The translations under genes and the position numbers were made by a program. Below are positions 12,491 through 24,365 of a DNA stretch of 64,000 bases, piece by piece; the first letter of the stretch is position 1; every line of letters begins with the position of its first letter. The stretch lies in assembly GCF_006345805.1 (NCBI RefSeq), contig NC_043016.1, forward strand, positions 9,920,001-9,984,000, written 5' to 3'. The notes under the pieces were generated by a model. The model did no database searches. It was given only the letters and a program-made list of their open reading frames with translations, and had not been told where the DNA came from. The stretch is from Octopus sinensis (taxonomy: Eukaryota).

Positions 12491-12705
12491 ATAGATGGGG
12501 TTTGGGACTAATTTCACAATATTAAAGTAAATGCGATATTTATAATGAGCCACTGAAAGAGCCTCCAAAGGTTGTTGAAAATGCTAAAAATACCTGCTAA
12601 ATCTCCTTCAAATTTTACTCTATCTTTAAATGAGACCAAGAGGAATGGCGATTTGCCATGGTTGAGAAGCCCCAACCATCTTACTACTTGTCTTGGATTT
12701 TTCAG

Positions 12706-12884
12706 TTTTGCAGAAAGCAATCGACAATGATGATAAAGATATCCATTACCATCGTGATGAATTGATTATAAGATGCCAGAATAGATGGGCCCAGAAACAA
12801 CGGCTGGCTGAGGAGAGAGAGCAGCAAAAAATTCGGCAGGAGTTAATCGAAATGAAATCTAGAGAATTAGAAGAAGAGAAACAG
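12706..12884 (+). CDS. SWAP70: SWAP70-like exon (start of the coiled coil)
   Basis: Acceptor ttttcag and donor gtaaaa at 12885; 179 nt, phase 1/0 (G+TT = Val). Translation VLQKAIDNDDKDIHYHRDELIIRCQNRWAQKQRLAEEREQQKIRQELIEMKSRELEEEKQ. Confidence 0.88.
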
Positions 12885-13182
12885 GTAAAAATTGTTTTTG
12901 TTCTATTACCCACCCACTGGTTCAAATCCCTCTGGAGTTGACATTGTTTTATCCTTCTAGAGTTGATGAAATAAGTTCAAATCCCACCAAACTTGGCTGT
13001 CTTTTGTCTTTTGAGGTTTGATAAAATAAGTATCTTTTAGATACTGTGGTTGATTGAAAAATAACTATATTGTCTCTACCGAATGTGTGACCTTGTGTTA
13101 TTTGCTGCAGTTGGCATTTTGGATTAATGGTCTACTAAAAAAAAAGAATGGGAAAATATTTTTATTTTATACTCACATTTTA

Positions 13183-13579
13183 GGCGCAGGAGTGGCTGTG
13201 TGGTAAGTAGCTTGCTTACTAACCACACGGTTCCGGGTTCAGTCCCACTGCGTGGCATCTTGGGCAAGTGTCTTCTACTATAGCCTCGGGCCGACCAAAG
13301 CCTTGTGATTGGATTTGGTAGATGGAAACTGAAAGAAGCCCGTCGTAAATATGTATATGTGTGTTTGTGTGTCTGTGTTTGTCCCCCTAGCATCGCTTGA
13401 CAACCATGCTGGTGTGTTTATGTCCCCGTCACTTAGTAGTTCGGCAAAAGAGACCGATAGAATAAGTACTGGGCTTACAAAGAATAAGTCCCGGAGGTTG
13501 ATTTGCTCGACTAAAGGTGGTGCTCCAGCTTGGTTGCAGTCAAATGACTGAAACAAGTGAAAGAGTTTAGAGTAAAAGA
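13183..13579 (+). mobile_element. SINE family A, full length
   Basis: Same head, body and tail as the other A copies. Confidence 0.85.
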
Positions 13580-14899
13580 GTACATACAAGTGTATACCAA
13601 TTTCCTCCACCACCACTATCACCTATAAGCATCTCCTGCTGTGGTGCCCCTCCACTCTTCCTCATGTGCCCACACACACACACACTCTCCATGCCCTTAT
13701 GTATCTACCATACCCACTCTCCTCAGCCACTTCAATTTTCCTCATCATTTTCTACAGTCACCTCTTCCACATCTCTAAACATCTCCCTTAACACTCTTAT
13801 GAAATATGCTCCCTATCCCCTCTCTACCACTTATATTCCCCACCACTGAACCCTGTGGGTTGGTTCCTATGCATTTCCAACACCAATTTCTCTCTTGCCC
13901 TCTCTCTCTCTCTCTGTAGCTATATCTTTCCTTTCCTTTTCTACTGGGGTAGCTAAGTATGTCCTACAGTAAGATACCTCTCTCTATCTCTACATAATAC
14001 TTAAACCGCTCAACTGACACAAAGCCACCTCCCTCCCTCTCTCAGCTGAAGGTTTTTGCCTTGCAAGTACTTGACAACAGCGCTGGTGCTTCATAAAAAA
14101 GCACTTGGCACTCTCTGTAAAATGTCTGTCATTAAGAAGGGCATCCAGCCATAGAAAACTTGCTGAAGCAGACTTTGGGGTCTGGTGCAGCTCTCTGGCT
14201 TGCCAGCATAGAAGATATATTGTGATGATGTATCTAGAATATATTAGAAATTTGTCATAAACCTACTAACATTTTGAATGCATTTAATAATTTAGCACAT
14301 ATGTTTCAAGTAGTTGATTACAGAGGTATCATTATCATCATTTAATGTCTGTTTCATGCTGCTTGCATGGGTTGGATGTTCCGACAAATCATGACTATCC
14401 CAAGGGTTGTGTTGAGAATGGCAAGACACCATTCATATTAGTCTTTTTTGTTGTCAACTCCTTGAGGTTCAATAACCTGAGGTCAAACTTCACCACTTTA
14501 TCTCTCATCACCTGGGTTTCCTTCTTCCATGTGTACCATCCACATGTAGCAATTCTGTCAATCTACTCTCCTAAATTGGTACTTTATTGACTTTGAAAGG
14601 TAGTGTTGACTTTGGTGGGATTTGAACTCTAAGCATCAAGAACTGGAACATCTACTGTAATGCATTCTTATCCATAGTTGTAGTGTGTGTGTGTGTGTGT
14701 GTTTGTGTTTGTCCCACCACCACTTGACAACTAGTGTTGGTGTGTTTACATTCCCATCACTTAGCGGTTCAGCAAAAGAGTGATTGAATAAGTACCAGGG
14801 CCGATTTATTCAACTAAAAATTTGTGTCGGTATCCCAACATAGCCACTGCCAAATAGTTGAAATAAAAGAAAGTTATTTACCCATGTTCCCGACATCTC

Positions 14900-15450
14900 T
14901 GTCTACTATTCCTGGAACATTGTGGTTAGGTAGAATCCTCCATCACCTCCTCACAACCATCATTAGATTTTCTTGTTGGACTCCTAAGCACAGTCAACTG
15001 AGACTATGGATATTATCCAACCATTCCATTCCTGGTCTATCCCTAGGTCTTTTGCCAGGTGTAAGGATAAAGTCCTCAGGCACCTCCTCCTCCATAGGGT
15101 CCTATCAGAAGAAGCTGTCATTATACTTTCTAAATGGATTCCCAAGAATCACCTACTAAGACTATGAATATGATCCGACCATCTCATTCTTGATCTATCC
15201 CTAGGTCTCTTACAAGACATAGGGGTAGATTCCTCTGACACCTCCCCCATAGGCTCCTATCGGAAGCAACTGTCATTATACTTTCTAAATGGATTCCCAA
15301 GAATCACCTAAGACTATAGATTTTATCCAACCATTCCATTCTTGGTCTACCCCTAGGTCTTCTGTTGGTTGGCTCAGCTTGAAGAATCCATCTTGCAATT
15401 CTTTCTTGCGACATTCTCATCACATGTGTGTAGTACATGTCTGTGACCTC
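14900..15450 (-). mobile_element. Degenerate RTE-type LINE 3' fragment with internal ~155-bp tandem duplication
   Basis: Minus strand gives KRPRDRPGMEWLDNI (RTE C-terminal R.RGRP..RW.D.I motif); repeat units start at about 15001, 15159 and 15311. Confidence 0.5.
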
Positions 15451-15987
15451 AATGAATCAAAGTGATGGCTCAATCTAGAGAGACTCGCTAATCTCTGAGC
15501 TATGCACACCCACCCCCTCAAGTAACATTACTCTCAAGATTCATCAGAGGAACCACATTTTGGCCAGTTGTATTTGTGATTCTACTCTTTCACTCATTAT
15601 TCAACATTTGTGACCACAGTTGAGGATAGACTTGAAAACAAAATTGGAAGAGAGTGGCTTTTTCTTTTTTTTTACCAACCTCTCTTCTTCAGAGGATTGA
15701 ACGCTGAAGTTGGTACATTGCTGTTCCAACACCTGCAATTCTAACATCCAATTAAGCCTCCTGCCTTCCATCATTCATGGATATGGCCCCATGGTATGTT
15801 ATGCATGTAACATATATATAGCTGTGTGGTAAATAGCTTGCTTATCAACCACATGGTTCTGGGTTCAGTCCCACTGTGTGGCACCTTGGGCAAGTGTCTT
15901 CTGCTATAGCCTCTGGCCGACCAAAGCCTTGTGAGTGGATTTGGTAGACGGAAACTGAAAGAAGCCCATCGTATATATATATGTGAA

Positions 15988-16045
<58 letters not shown>

Positions 16046-16311
16046 CATACATGTGTGTTTGTGTATATGTTGGTGTATGTTTGTCCCCACCCACCATTGC
16101 TTGACAACCAATGTTGGTGTGTTTACATCCCCATAAGTTAGAGGTTTGGCAATACCAACTGATAGAATAAGTACTAGGCTTACAAAGAAGTTTTGGGGTC
16201 AATTTGTTTGACTAAAGGTGGTGCTCTAGCATGGCCACTGTCAAATGATAAACAAAAGTATATGTATGACATTGCAGGGTAGGAGTGAAAGCCTGGATGT
16301 GGCTAGTTTAA

Positions 16312-16530
16312 TCCTTTAGCATTCAGATTTCTTTGTCAATTGTATTGTTTATTTATTCACACTGTTTTGAATTAATCTGCATTATCTTATAGCTTTGAGA
16401 TTTCAATGTTGGGATTGTTTATTTTTGGACTGACATTGTAGGATAGGTGTGAAAAACTGAATCTGGCCTGTTTGGACACAAATTAGGCAGACTATTTTAG
16501 CTGGATACGGCCAATTTAAATGATAAAAGG
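16312..16530. mobile_element. piggyBac-type MITE (TTAA-flanked)
   Basis: ttaa-tcctttagcatt ... aatgataaaagg-ttaa; relatives at 29265, 36799 and 49793. Confidence 0.6.
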
Positions 16531-17205
16531 TTAAAAATAAAACTGATCTGGGTCAGATATACTACCAATTTAAAATCTACATTTTTTTCTCTTTACTACC
16601 CTCAAGGGGCTAAACACAGAGAGGACAAACAAGGACTGACATAGGTATTAAGTCGATTACATCGACCCCCAGTGTGTAGCTGGTACTTAATTTATCGACC
16701 TTGAAAGGATGAAAGACAGTCGACCTCAGCGGAATTTGAACTCAGAACGTAACGGCAGACGAAATACAGCTACGCATTTCGCCTGGTGTGCTAACGTTTC
16801 TGCCAGCTCACTGCCTTTGAAATCTACTATAATAATACACATGTGTTTCTATCACAACATATAAATAAGGAAGGGGTGATGGCAAACTGGTTTTGGGAGT
16901 GTTTCAACTCTGTGAGTATGTGTGTGTGCATGCAATGGAAGTGGGATGGTGAGCAATCAACCCTGAAAAGAAACTCAAACAGCATTTCAACTCTGTGGGA
17001 GTATTTATGTGTTTGTGTGTGCATGTACAAAGTATGTGAATATATGTGTGAACTAGCATTCTTTCAGTAACAATCAATGATCAATGTCACATCTCCAAAG
17101 ACAACCACTAGATAACATTGACAAGTGTATTAATTTGATTTACCATCCATATTATGCATAAAATACTACAACTAGCTGTCATTTTTTATGGCACAGAGCC
17201 AGCTA

Positions 17206-17247
<42 letters not shown>

Positions 17248-17413
17248 ATCTATCTACACTCGTGGAGTGGTTGGCGTTAGGAAGGGCATCCAGCTGTAGA
17301 AACTCTGCCAGATCAGACTGGAGCCTGGTGCAAGCCCCTGGCTTCCCAGACCCCAGTTGAACCGTCCAACCCGTGCTAGCACGGAAAACGGACGTTAAAC
17401 GATGATGATGATG

Positions 17414-17452
<39 letters not shown>

Positions 17453-17878
17453 ATAGTATTTAATCATATCAAAGGGAAATGGAATTTAATTAAAATTAAA
17501 AACATTCAATTAAAATTTACATTTCCAGTGTAAAAAAATTTTAGTCAAAAAGACTATATATTAGTCATACGATATAGTGTATATTTAAACACATAGAGAA
17601 TCCACTTATACACACATACATTCTACGCATCAGAAAGAACAGCCAAGTTCTATGACCACAAAAAAAAAAGTTCGGGATAAAATTCGACAGAAATGAATTT
17701 GGAAACTAGATGGTAAATGTTTTTCATTTCCAAATTTATTCCTGTCGAATTTTATCCCGAACTTTTTTTTGTGGTCATAGAACTTAGCTGTTCTTTCTAA
17801 TGCGTAGAATCCCTATAAGTGGATTCTCTGTGTTTAAATATACACTACATCGTATATATATATATATATATATATATA

Positions 17879-18182
17879 GGCGCAGGTGTGGCTGTGTGGT
17901 AAGTAGCTTGTTTACCAACCACATGGTTCCGGGTTCAGTCCCACTCCGTGGCACCTTGAGCAAGTGTCTTCTACTATGGCCTCGGGCCGACCAAAGCCTT
18001 GTGAGTGGATTTGGTAGACGGAAACTGAAAGAAGCCCGTCGTATATATATGTATGTGCGTGTATGTTTGTATGTCTGTGTTTGTCCCCCTAGCATTGCTT
18101 GACAACCGATGCTGGTGTGTTTATGTCCCCATCACTTAGCGGTTCGGCAAAAGAGATTGATAGAATCAAATGACTGAAACAA
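17879..18182 (+). mobile_element. SINE family A with an internal deletion near the 3' end
   Basis: Family A head and body; jumps from gatagaat to caaatgactgaaac. Confidence 0.8.
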
Positions 18183-18243
18183 GAGAGAAAAAAGATATAT
18201 ACTCTATTTTCTTTAGCAGAACATTTATCTGGTGTCTATGTAA

Positions 18244-18274
<31 letters not shown>

Positions 18275-18359
18275 TATGTTTTTTATGCACTGGTAATGCA
18301 GATACATTTGTTCGTATGAAATTCCAAATTAATTTGAACTGACTCTTTGTATTTTTCAG

Positions 18360-18505
18360 GCGAGAGCCGAAGCAGAAGCAAGGCTTCAGTTAGAGACAGC
18401 ACTTAGAGAAGCTGATAAAGACCATATGAAGGAACTGGAGCAACTTCTGGAAGAAGAGAGACAAGCTAAGCGTGATGAAGAATTAGTGAGAGCTGCTCAA
18501 GCTAG
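18360..18505 (+). CDS. SWAP70: SWAP70-like exon (coiled coil)
   Basis: Acceptor tttttcag and donor gtaag at 18506; 146 nt, phase 0/2. Translation ARAEAEARLQLETALREADKDHMKELEQLLEEERQAKRDEELVRAAQAR; LEEERQAKRDEE.VR..QAR is the SWAP70/DEF6 signature. Confidence 0.92.
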
Positions 18506-18551
18506 GTAAGAAATTATATAGTATACCTACACAAGTGTTTTGCTCCCCAAG

Positions 18552-19435
18552 TTTGTTTCCTCATAACTTTCAGAAAAATGGATATCTTTATATATAAAAG
18601 TAAGGTTGTGTGTCTGTCTCCTACGATTTAGATTCCTAACTACTCCCACATTTTGCGGTGCAATTTAACCAAAACCGGGTATCTTATAGTCGTGATTCAT
18701 ATCAAGCTCTTCTGGGTATTAGCACGCGTCTACGATGAGTCTACGATTTAAAGAAAGATTTACCATCATTTTTTTCCATTTTAATGCATTTTTTCGCTAT
18801 TATATAAGGGAAGTAACTCTCTAAAAATGTCTACGATGTGTCAGCGATTTAAAAAAAAATTTACCATCATTTTCTTTCCATTTTTAATGCATTTTTTGCT
18901 ATAACTCTCTAAAAATGCTTATATAGTTATTTCCCTTACAAACCCGAGCAACGCCAGGTGATACTGCTAGTTTTTTAATAAAATTATCCAAATATATATA
19001 TACATCAGATGGTATAGATTCCGATTGTGTCAGAATTTGTGGGGGAAAATTTTTTTCTGAGGGTAAAGTGAAGAATTGCAGAAAGTTCACAAAATTCAGA
19101 TTTGATTCCTTATATCTTTGGAAAAAAGTTATTTTTTATTGAAATTTTTTTACAAATATCTTTTAGAATGTGTAAATTATGATTTTATTGGAATTTAATA
19201 CGAGAAAAAAAACTGGATTTGTATGCATACATATTGACACACATCACAATTTTTTTTCAAAATTTCAAGTTTCTTGTAGATGTGATGTGTCAGTACGTAC
19301 CTGCACAAACCCATCAATTTTTTTCTTATTTCATATTAAATACCAATATATAATCAACACACTGAAAGGTCTGAAGTGTATCTGTAGAAAATTTCATTAA
19401 AAAATATCTTTTTCAGAAAGTTATGAGGAAACAAA
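18552..19435. mobile_element. MITE with ~27-bp terminal inverted repeats, interrupted by a Helitron
   Basis: Left TTTGTTTCCTCATAACTTTCAGAAAAA; right end reverse-complements to TTTGTTTCCTCATAACTTTCTGAAAAA. The same TIR motif recurs near 31975, 33075, 33225 and 35015. Confidence 0.7.
18585..18970 (+). mobile_element. Non-autonomous Helitron (~390 bp)
   Basis: Starts a|TCTTTATATATAAAAG, ends with hairpin cccgagcaacgccagg then CTAG|t; inserted in an AT dinucleotide with no TSD. Confidence 0.85.
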
Positions 19436-19518
19436 GGCCACACCTGTGTAGGTATGCCAAAATTATTATATCGCTACTTATTATATCACTAGGTATGCCA
19501 AATTTATTATATCGCTAC

Positions 19519-19891
19519 AGTGCCGGTGGCACATAAGAAAACCATCCAAACGTGGCCGTAGCCAGTACTGCATCGACTGGCCTCCGTGCTGGTGGCACGT
19601 AAAAACCACCATCCATTCGTGGCCGTGCCAGCCTCGCCTGGCCTCTGTGCCGGTGGCACGTAAAAAACACCATCCGAGCGTGGCCATTCACCAGCCTCGT
19701 CTGGCACCTGTGTCGGTGGCACATAAAAAGCACCCACTACACTCACAGAGTGGTTGGCATTAGGAAGGACATCCAGCTGTAGAAACATTGCCAGATCTGA
19801 CTGGCCTGGTGCAGCCTTCGGGCTTCCCAGACCCCAGTTGAACCGTCCAACCCATGCTAGCATGGAAAGCGGACGTTAAACGATGATGATG
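19519..19891 (+). mobile_element. SINE-like family C
   Basis: Internal gtgccggtggcac repeats; tail cgttaaacgatgatgatg. Confidence 0.8.
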
Positions 19892-20504
19892 TCACAACTG
19901 TTTCTTGGGACTTGCTGGTCTTCACCCTGGCCTACTCATCACTTTTGTCACATTTGATCCATCCATATTACCCCACCACCTCCACCACCACTGCTATCAC
20001 CATCACACCCAAACTAACCCCTATTTTTTGTCCTAATCCAAAACATTGGTTCTCTGGCATCTTCTTTCTGCTCATATTTTTCCTGCACATATTGATTTGC
20101 AACAGTCAAGATAGCACATGAACAGTATGAGTGTTGCCAAACTTAGAGGATTAGTAAAGGTTATATGCACTGCCTCTTTCTTCAGAATCGGCAGAATCGG
20201 CAAATGAAGTAATATACACATCAGGTGCATGCGCAGCTATGTGTTAAGTTTGGTTCCCAACCACGTGGTTCTGGGGTCATTTCCACTGCATAGCAACTTG
20301 GGCAAGAACTGTCTCCTATAGCCCTCGGGCCGACCAATTTACGGTAAGCATTAAATTTGATAGAGTAATCTGAATGTTTAAAGGGTTACTTACTAATTAC
20401 TTCTAGCCCTCATTTAAAATATCTTTGTGAGTAATAATTCTTGAAACTTCCGTGTTGCATACAAGGCAGTTAACAACCTTTTGCTAAAATAATCTCTTTT
20501 ACAG

Positions 20505-20703
20505 AGTATTACAAGAAGAATTTGAGAAACGAGAAGAACTTGAAAGACTGAAGGCAATGCAGGAGCAGCTATTGGCAGAAGAACAATCTAAGAGGGAAGG
20601 TATTGAAGACGAAAGGAACAAACAGGCACAGCTTTTGGCAGCAGCCAAACTTCAACTGGAAGAACTTCAAAGAGAGCGCAGTGCCGCTGATGAACAGCTG
20701 CAG
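20505..20703 (+). CDS. SWAP70: SWAP70-like exon (coiled coil)
   Basis: Acceptor ttttacag and donor gtcagt at 20704; 199 nt, phase 2/0 (AG+A = Arg). Translation VLQEEFEKREELERLKAMQEQLLAEEQSKREGIEDERNKQAQLLAAAKLQLEELQRERSAADEQLQ. Confidence 0.92.
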
Positions 20704-20820
20704 GTCAGTGGTCAGTACCACCCTACCACACCATTCCTTCCTGACAGACAAACCAATAAAAAAAACATCCTTCTTTTTTAATTAAAAATCCTGGCAGAAT
20801 TATTCTAGAATGTTGGAAGC

Positions 20821-20835
20821 GGGTGGGTGGGTGGG
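20821..20835 (+). other. Canonical G-quadruplex motif (GGGT)3GGG
   Basis: GGGTGGGTGGGTGGG, 118 nt downstream of the exon donor at 20704. Confidence 0.6.
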
Positions 20836-21305
20836 TGAAGAAATGCCTTTGCAGCAGTTGTTTTTATAACTTAACATTCTGAGTTCAAATCTCTTTGTTG
20901 TAAACTACTTTCCTTTCAGCACCCCCAGGGTTAATTTAAAAAAAAAAAAGCAAAAAAAAAAAAAAAATATCAGGCAGTCAAGTATTAGGGATGATATAAT
21001 TGACTAAATCCATCCCCTCAAAAATTGCAGGCCTTGTGCCTAAATCAGAAACCATTCATCATCATTATCAGCTATCCCCGTTTGGCATGAATTCTACAGC
21101 TGGGTGGGTTTTTTTTGGGGTTTTTTTTTATTTTAACATATATATATATATATATATAGTGACGACCAGAATATTTGGTCCGGTTCCAGAAAATTCCACC
21201 CCTGAAAATTAGATTAATTAAGCAAATAAAATAATTACATAACCAAATAAGAGTAATTTTATTGAAAAATATACATAAACCCATGTATAAAACAGCAAAA
21301 AATAT

Positions 21306-21490
21306 CATCATCATCGTTTAACATCCGTTTTCCATGCTGGCATGGGTTGGACGGTTCAACTGGGGTCTGGGAAGCCAGGAGGCTATACAAGGCTCCAGTC
21401 TGATCTGGCAGTGTCTCTACAGCTGGATGCCCTTCCTAATGCCGACCACTCTGAGAGTGTAGGGGGTGCTTTTTACATGCCACTGACACA
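21306..21490 (-). mobile_element. SINE-like family C, 3' part
   Basis: catcatcatcgtttaacatccgttttccatgctggcatgggttggacgg; inverted relative to the copy at 19519. Confidence 0.8.
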
Positions 21491-21784
21491 GGGGCGAGAG
21501 GAGCTGGCATTGAATGCATACTGAATTTTAGCAATGACAGTCAAACTTTTGTATGGATAGATATGTGTGTAGTTAAATTGCATTTTTGAACAAATTATTT
21601 ACCACAGATAGCACAGTGAAATGGTTTCATTCCTGTATGAATTCGTTGTGTTTCTTTAAGTTGGGGCTTTGAGAGAATGATTTACTTTATAATATTACCT
21701 TTTATCAGACACTTAACACAAGAAATTAGGAAAATTGGGTCCCGAAAAATATTGATCTCAGACATTAATATATTTCTCATTTAA

Positions 21785-22820
21785 CCCTTTCGTTACTATA
21801 TTTCTGACCAAAATACACCCCTTATGTGTTTCAATTAATTTCTAACGTAATCATAAATTTAGTCTGGTTTCATTAAACAACTATACTTTTTTATTTATCA
21901 ATATATTAACATGAATTTTGGAAGATAATTTAATGAAATGTTCTCAACCAATTCTGTACTATAATTTTTGTCACAAAGTGACTCTAATTGCAGGTAGATA
22001 CAGGTAAATCCAACAAAATATAAAATTATTAAAATTTTGTTCAAACATCGCTATAGAAAATGGGTTATTAGCTAATATTCAATTGGGTTTACAAAATTTT
22101 ACGATAGAATTTGTTATTCTGGGTAACTTTCTGATACCCATAATAATATTTATGGCAAAATAGTCTTAATTTCATTTAAGGTTATGGGAAACCACTTTCT
22201 TTTGTTTTGTTTACATTTAGCGTAACGGTTCGTTTCCGCCGTAATGATTTCAAATAGGCTCATTCGAAAAAGTAAAAAGAAATAGTCTAAGGCTTTACTC
22301 TTCTGGGAAAGTCTGTGGCTTGGTCCAGTTTCTTCAGAAAAATCACCGAAAGAAACAGTTTTTAAATTTTCACTCCATTCAGGTGCCAATTCATTTTCTC
22401 TATCACTGTTTTCACTTTCGGAAAATGAAACATCAGATTCATTATCAAATACCACATGCTTTTTTTTTTTTTCAGTCATAGAGTTAGATTTATGAAGGTC
22501 TTCAGTAGAAAATCCTTCGAATTCTGACTCGCTGCTTGATATAATGAAATTCGTATCCGTTTTGTGTCAGAATTACAAATTTTGAAAACACAATAGGAAC
22601 AAATTTTTGAAAAAAATCTCCCAAAATTCACAGAATTAAAATTACACTTCGATTTTTGTACAAAACTGTAGTTGAACTTTTTACGAAGTATAATACGTGT
22701 TTTCACGAATGTACTAAAGAGATTTACTCTGATATTCTCATTTAAATATGAATAGGTAAATTCGGGCGGCTTTGGTCACATTAACCAAAATTTGTTTCGG
22801 GCGGTTTGGTAACGAAAGGG
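21785..22820 (-). mobile_element. piggyBac deletion derivative with intact termini and a transposase N-terminal remnant
   Basis: TTAA|CCCTTTCGTTAC ... GTAACGAAAGGG|TTAA (12-bp TIR, TTAA TSD). Minus ORF 22150-22479 contains FSEETGPSH...DYFFLLF...EIITAETNRYA...W..IT..EIK, the PGBD-type N-terminus. Confidence 0.92.
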
Positions 22821-23075
22821 TTAAACATTGATTTAACTAAACAGTGTAAATAAAAACTGAAATGGAATAATTATTTTATAAACTAGCAGAAAAATATGGG
22901 TAACTTGTGTTTAAACCATCAAAAAATACATATGGTCTTTCTTTTTATCGAACAGTTTAAACAAAAAATTAGGAAAATAGATCTGAGAACATTCTGTCCT
23001 TGAAAATTAAACTATTAAGACTGTAGTTTTAATGAATGAGCAATTGCCTTTAGGAAAGTTAATTTATCATTACAA

Positions 23076-23900
23076 TCATAAGATTGTACAAGGTTTTTTA
23101 ACCGCGTATCTATTGACTGGTATTTTTCTCTTTTTCTGTGGATTATCTCCTCTTTGAGCATGCATTATTTTGGTCTGTGTAAGGAATTCTTCTTTTCGAA
23201 GAGCATCAATAAGCTTCCAGATGTTTAGTTGCTTGCTTGATATTGATGTGCACAATGCTGACTGAAAACCCCTCAAGAGCATTGTTTGTCTGAGGCAATT
23301 CCTGAATTACTCGACTGTAAAACATTCCAAAAATTAACTGGATACAAGGACTCTTCTCATCTGCCACGTCTTCCTCTCTTTGGTCCAATGTATGTCAGCT
23401 TATAAAATCTATTGGAATTGATTCATCCTTACAGAGATCTTCATAAGAATCAGTTACTTCTTCTGGTGGCAAAAATGCCAGTGTGCAGAACATTTTTATT
23501 TTAGCGGCAAAAGAACCATCAGTACTATATTGAACTTTATATCTCAGTTGGCATAATTTCCTATAAACTGTCTGGCAAAAAATGAAATAAACAACCTACC
23601 TGTGCTTCCAGTAAAGTTATGGTCACAGCTGTTATGAATTGCCTGTTCAAATTCAATCAATACTTGACAAAGTTTAATAAAGGGGCACAGTTTTTTTCTT
23701 TCAAGAAAAGTCTTGTCCTATGTTGCTTGTGTTTTTTTTGTCCATGCTTCTCTGCCTCATCCCATGTCTACCTGGATCTATTGCTTCCATGGAGATCTGC
23801 ACCTTTTTACACAGCTATGCTTGTCCATATGCATCGCATCACAATACCAGCACCATTGTTTCTGTTTTGTGTTTTGTCACCTCCTTTATCACAGGTTTTA
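23076..23900 (-). pseudogene. MULE (Mutator-like) transposase remnant
   Basis: Frameshifted minus-strand motifs IEFEQAIHNS, GCLFHF-CQTVYRK, FAAKIKMFCTLAFLPPEEV, LPQTNNALEG and NIWKLIDALRKEE follow the MULE DDE-domain pattern (DFE.A, GC.FH..Q, ALAF.P, PRTNN..EG). Confidence 0.82.
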
Positions 23901-23916
23901 TTGGAGCTCCTGGAGT

Positions 23917-24354
23917 CTTGCATGCGTTGCGGGCTGGCTACATGCATGCGTAGTGGGCTGGCTACATGCATGCGTAGCGGGCTGGCTACATGCATGCGTA
24001 GCGGGCTGGCTACATGCATGCGGAGCGGGCTGGCTACATGCATGCGGAGCGGGCTGGCTACATGCATGCGTAGCGGGCTGGCTACATGCATGCGTAGCGG
24101 GCTGGCTACATGCATGCGTAGCGGGCTGGCTACATGCATGCGTAGCGGGCTGGCTACATGCATGCGTAGCGGGCTGGCTACATGCATGCGTAGCGGGCTG
24201 GCTATATGCATGCGTAGCGGGCTGGCTACATGCATGCGTAGCGGGCTGGCTACATGCATGCGTTGCGGGCTGGCTACATGCATGCGTAGCGGGCTGGCTA
24301 CATGCATGCGTAGCGGGCTGGCTACATGCATGCGTAGCGGGCTGGCTACATGCA
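23917..24354. repeat. 24-bp minisatellite, ~18 copies
   Basis: Unit CATGCATGCGTAGCGGGCTGGCTA; near-perfect copies. Confidence 0.97.
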
Positions 24355-24365
24355 ATTTGTTCTTT

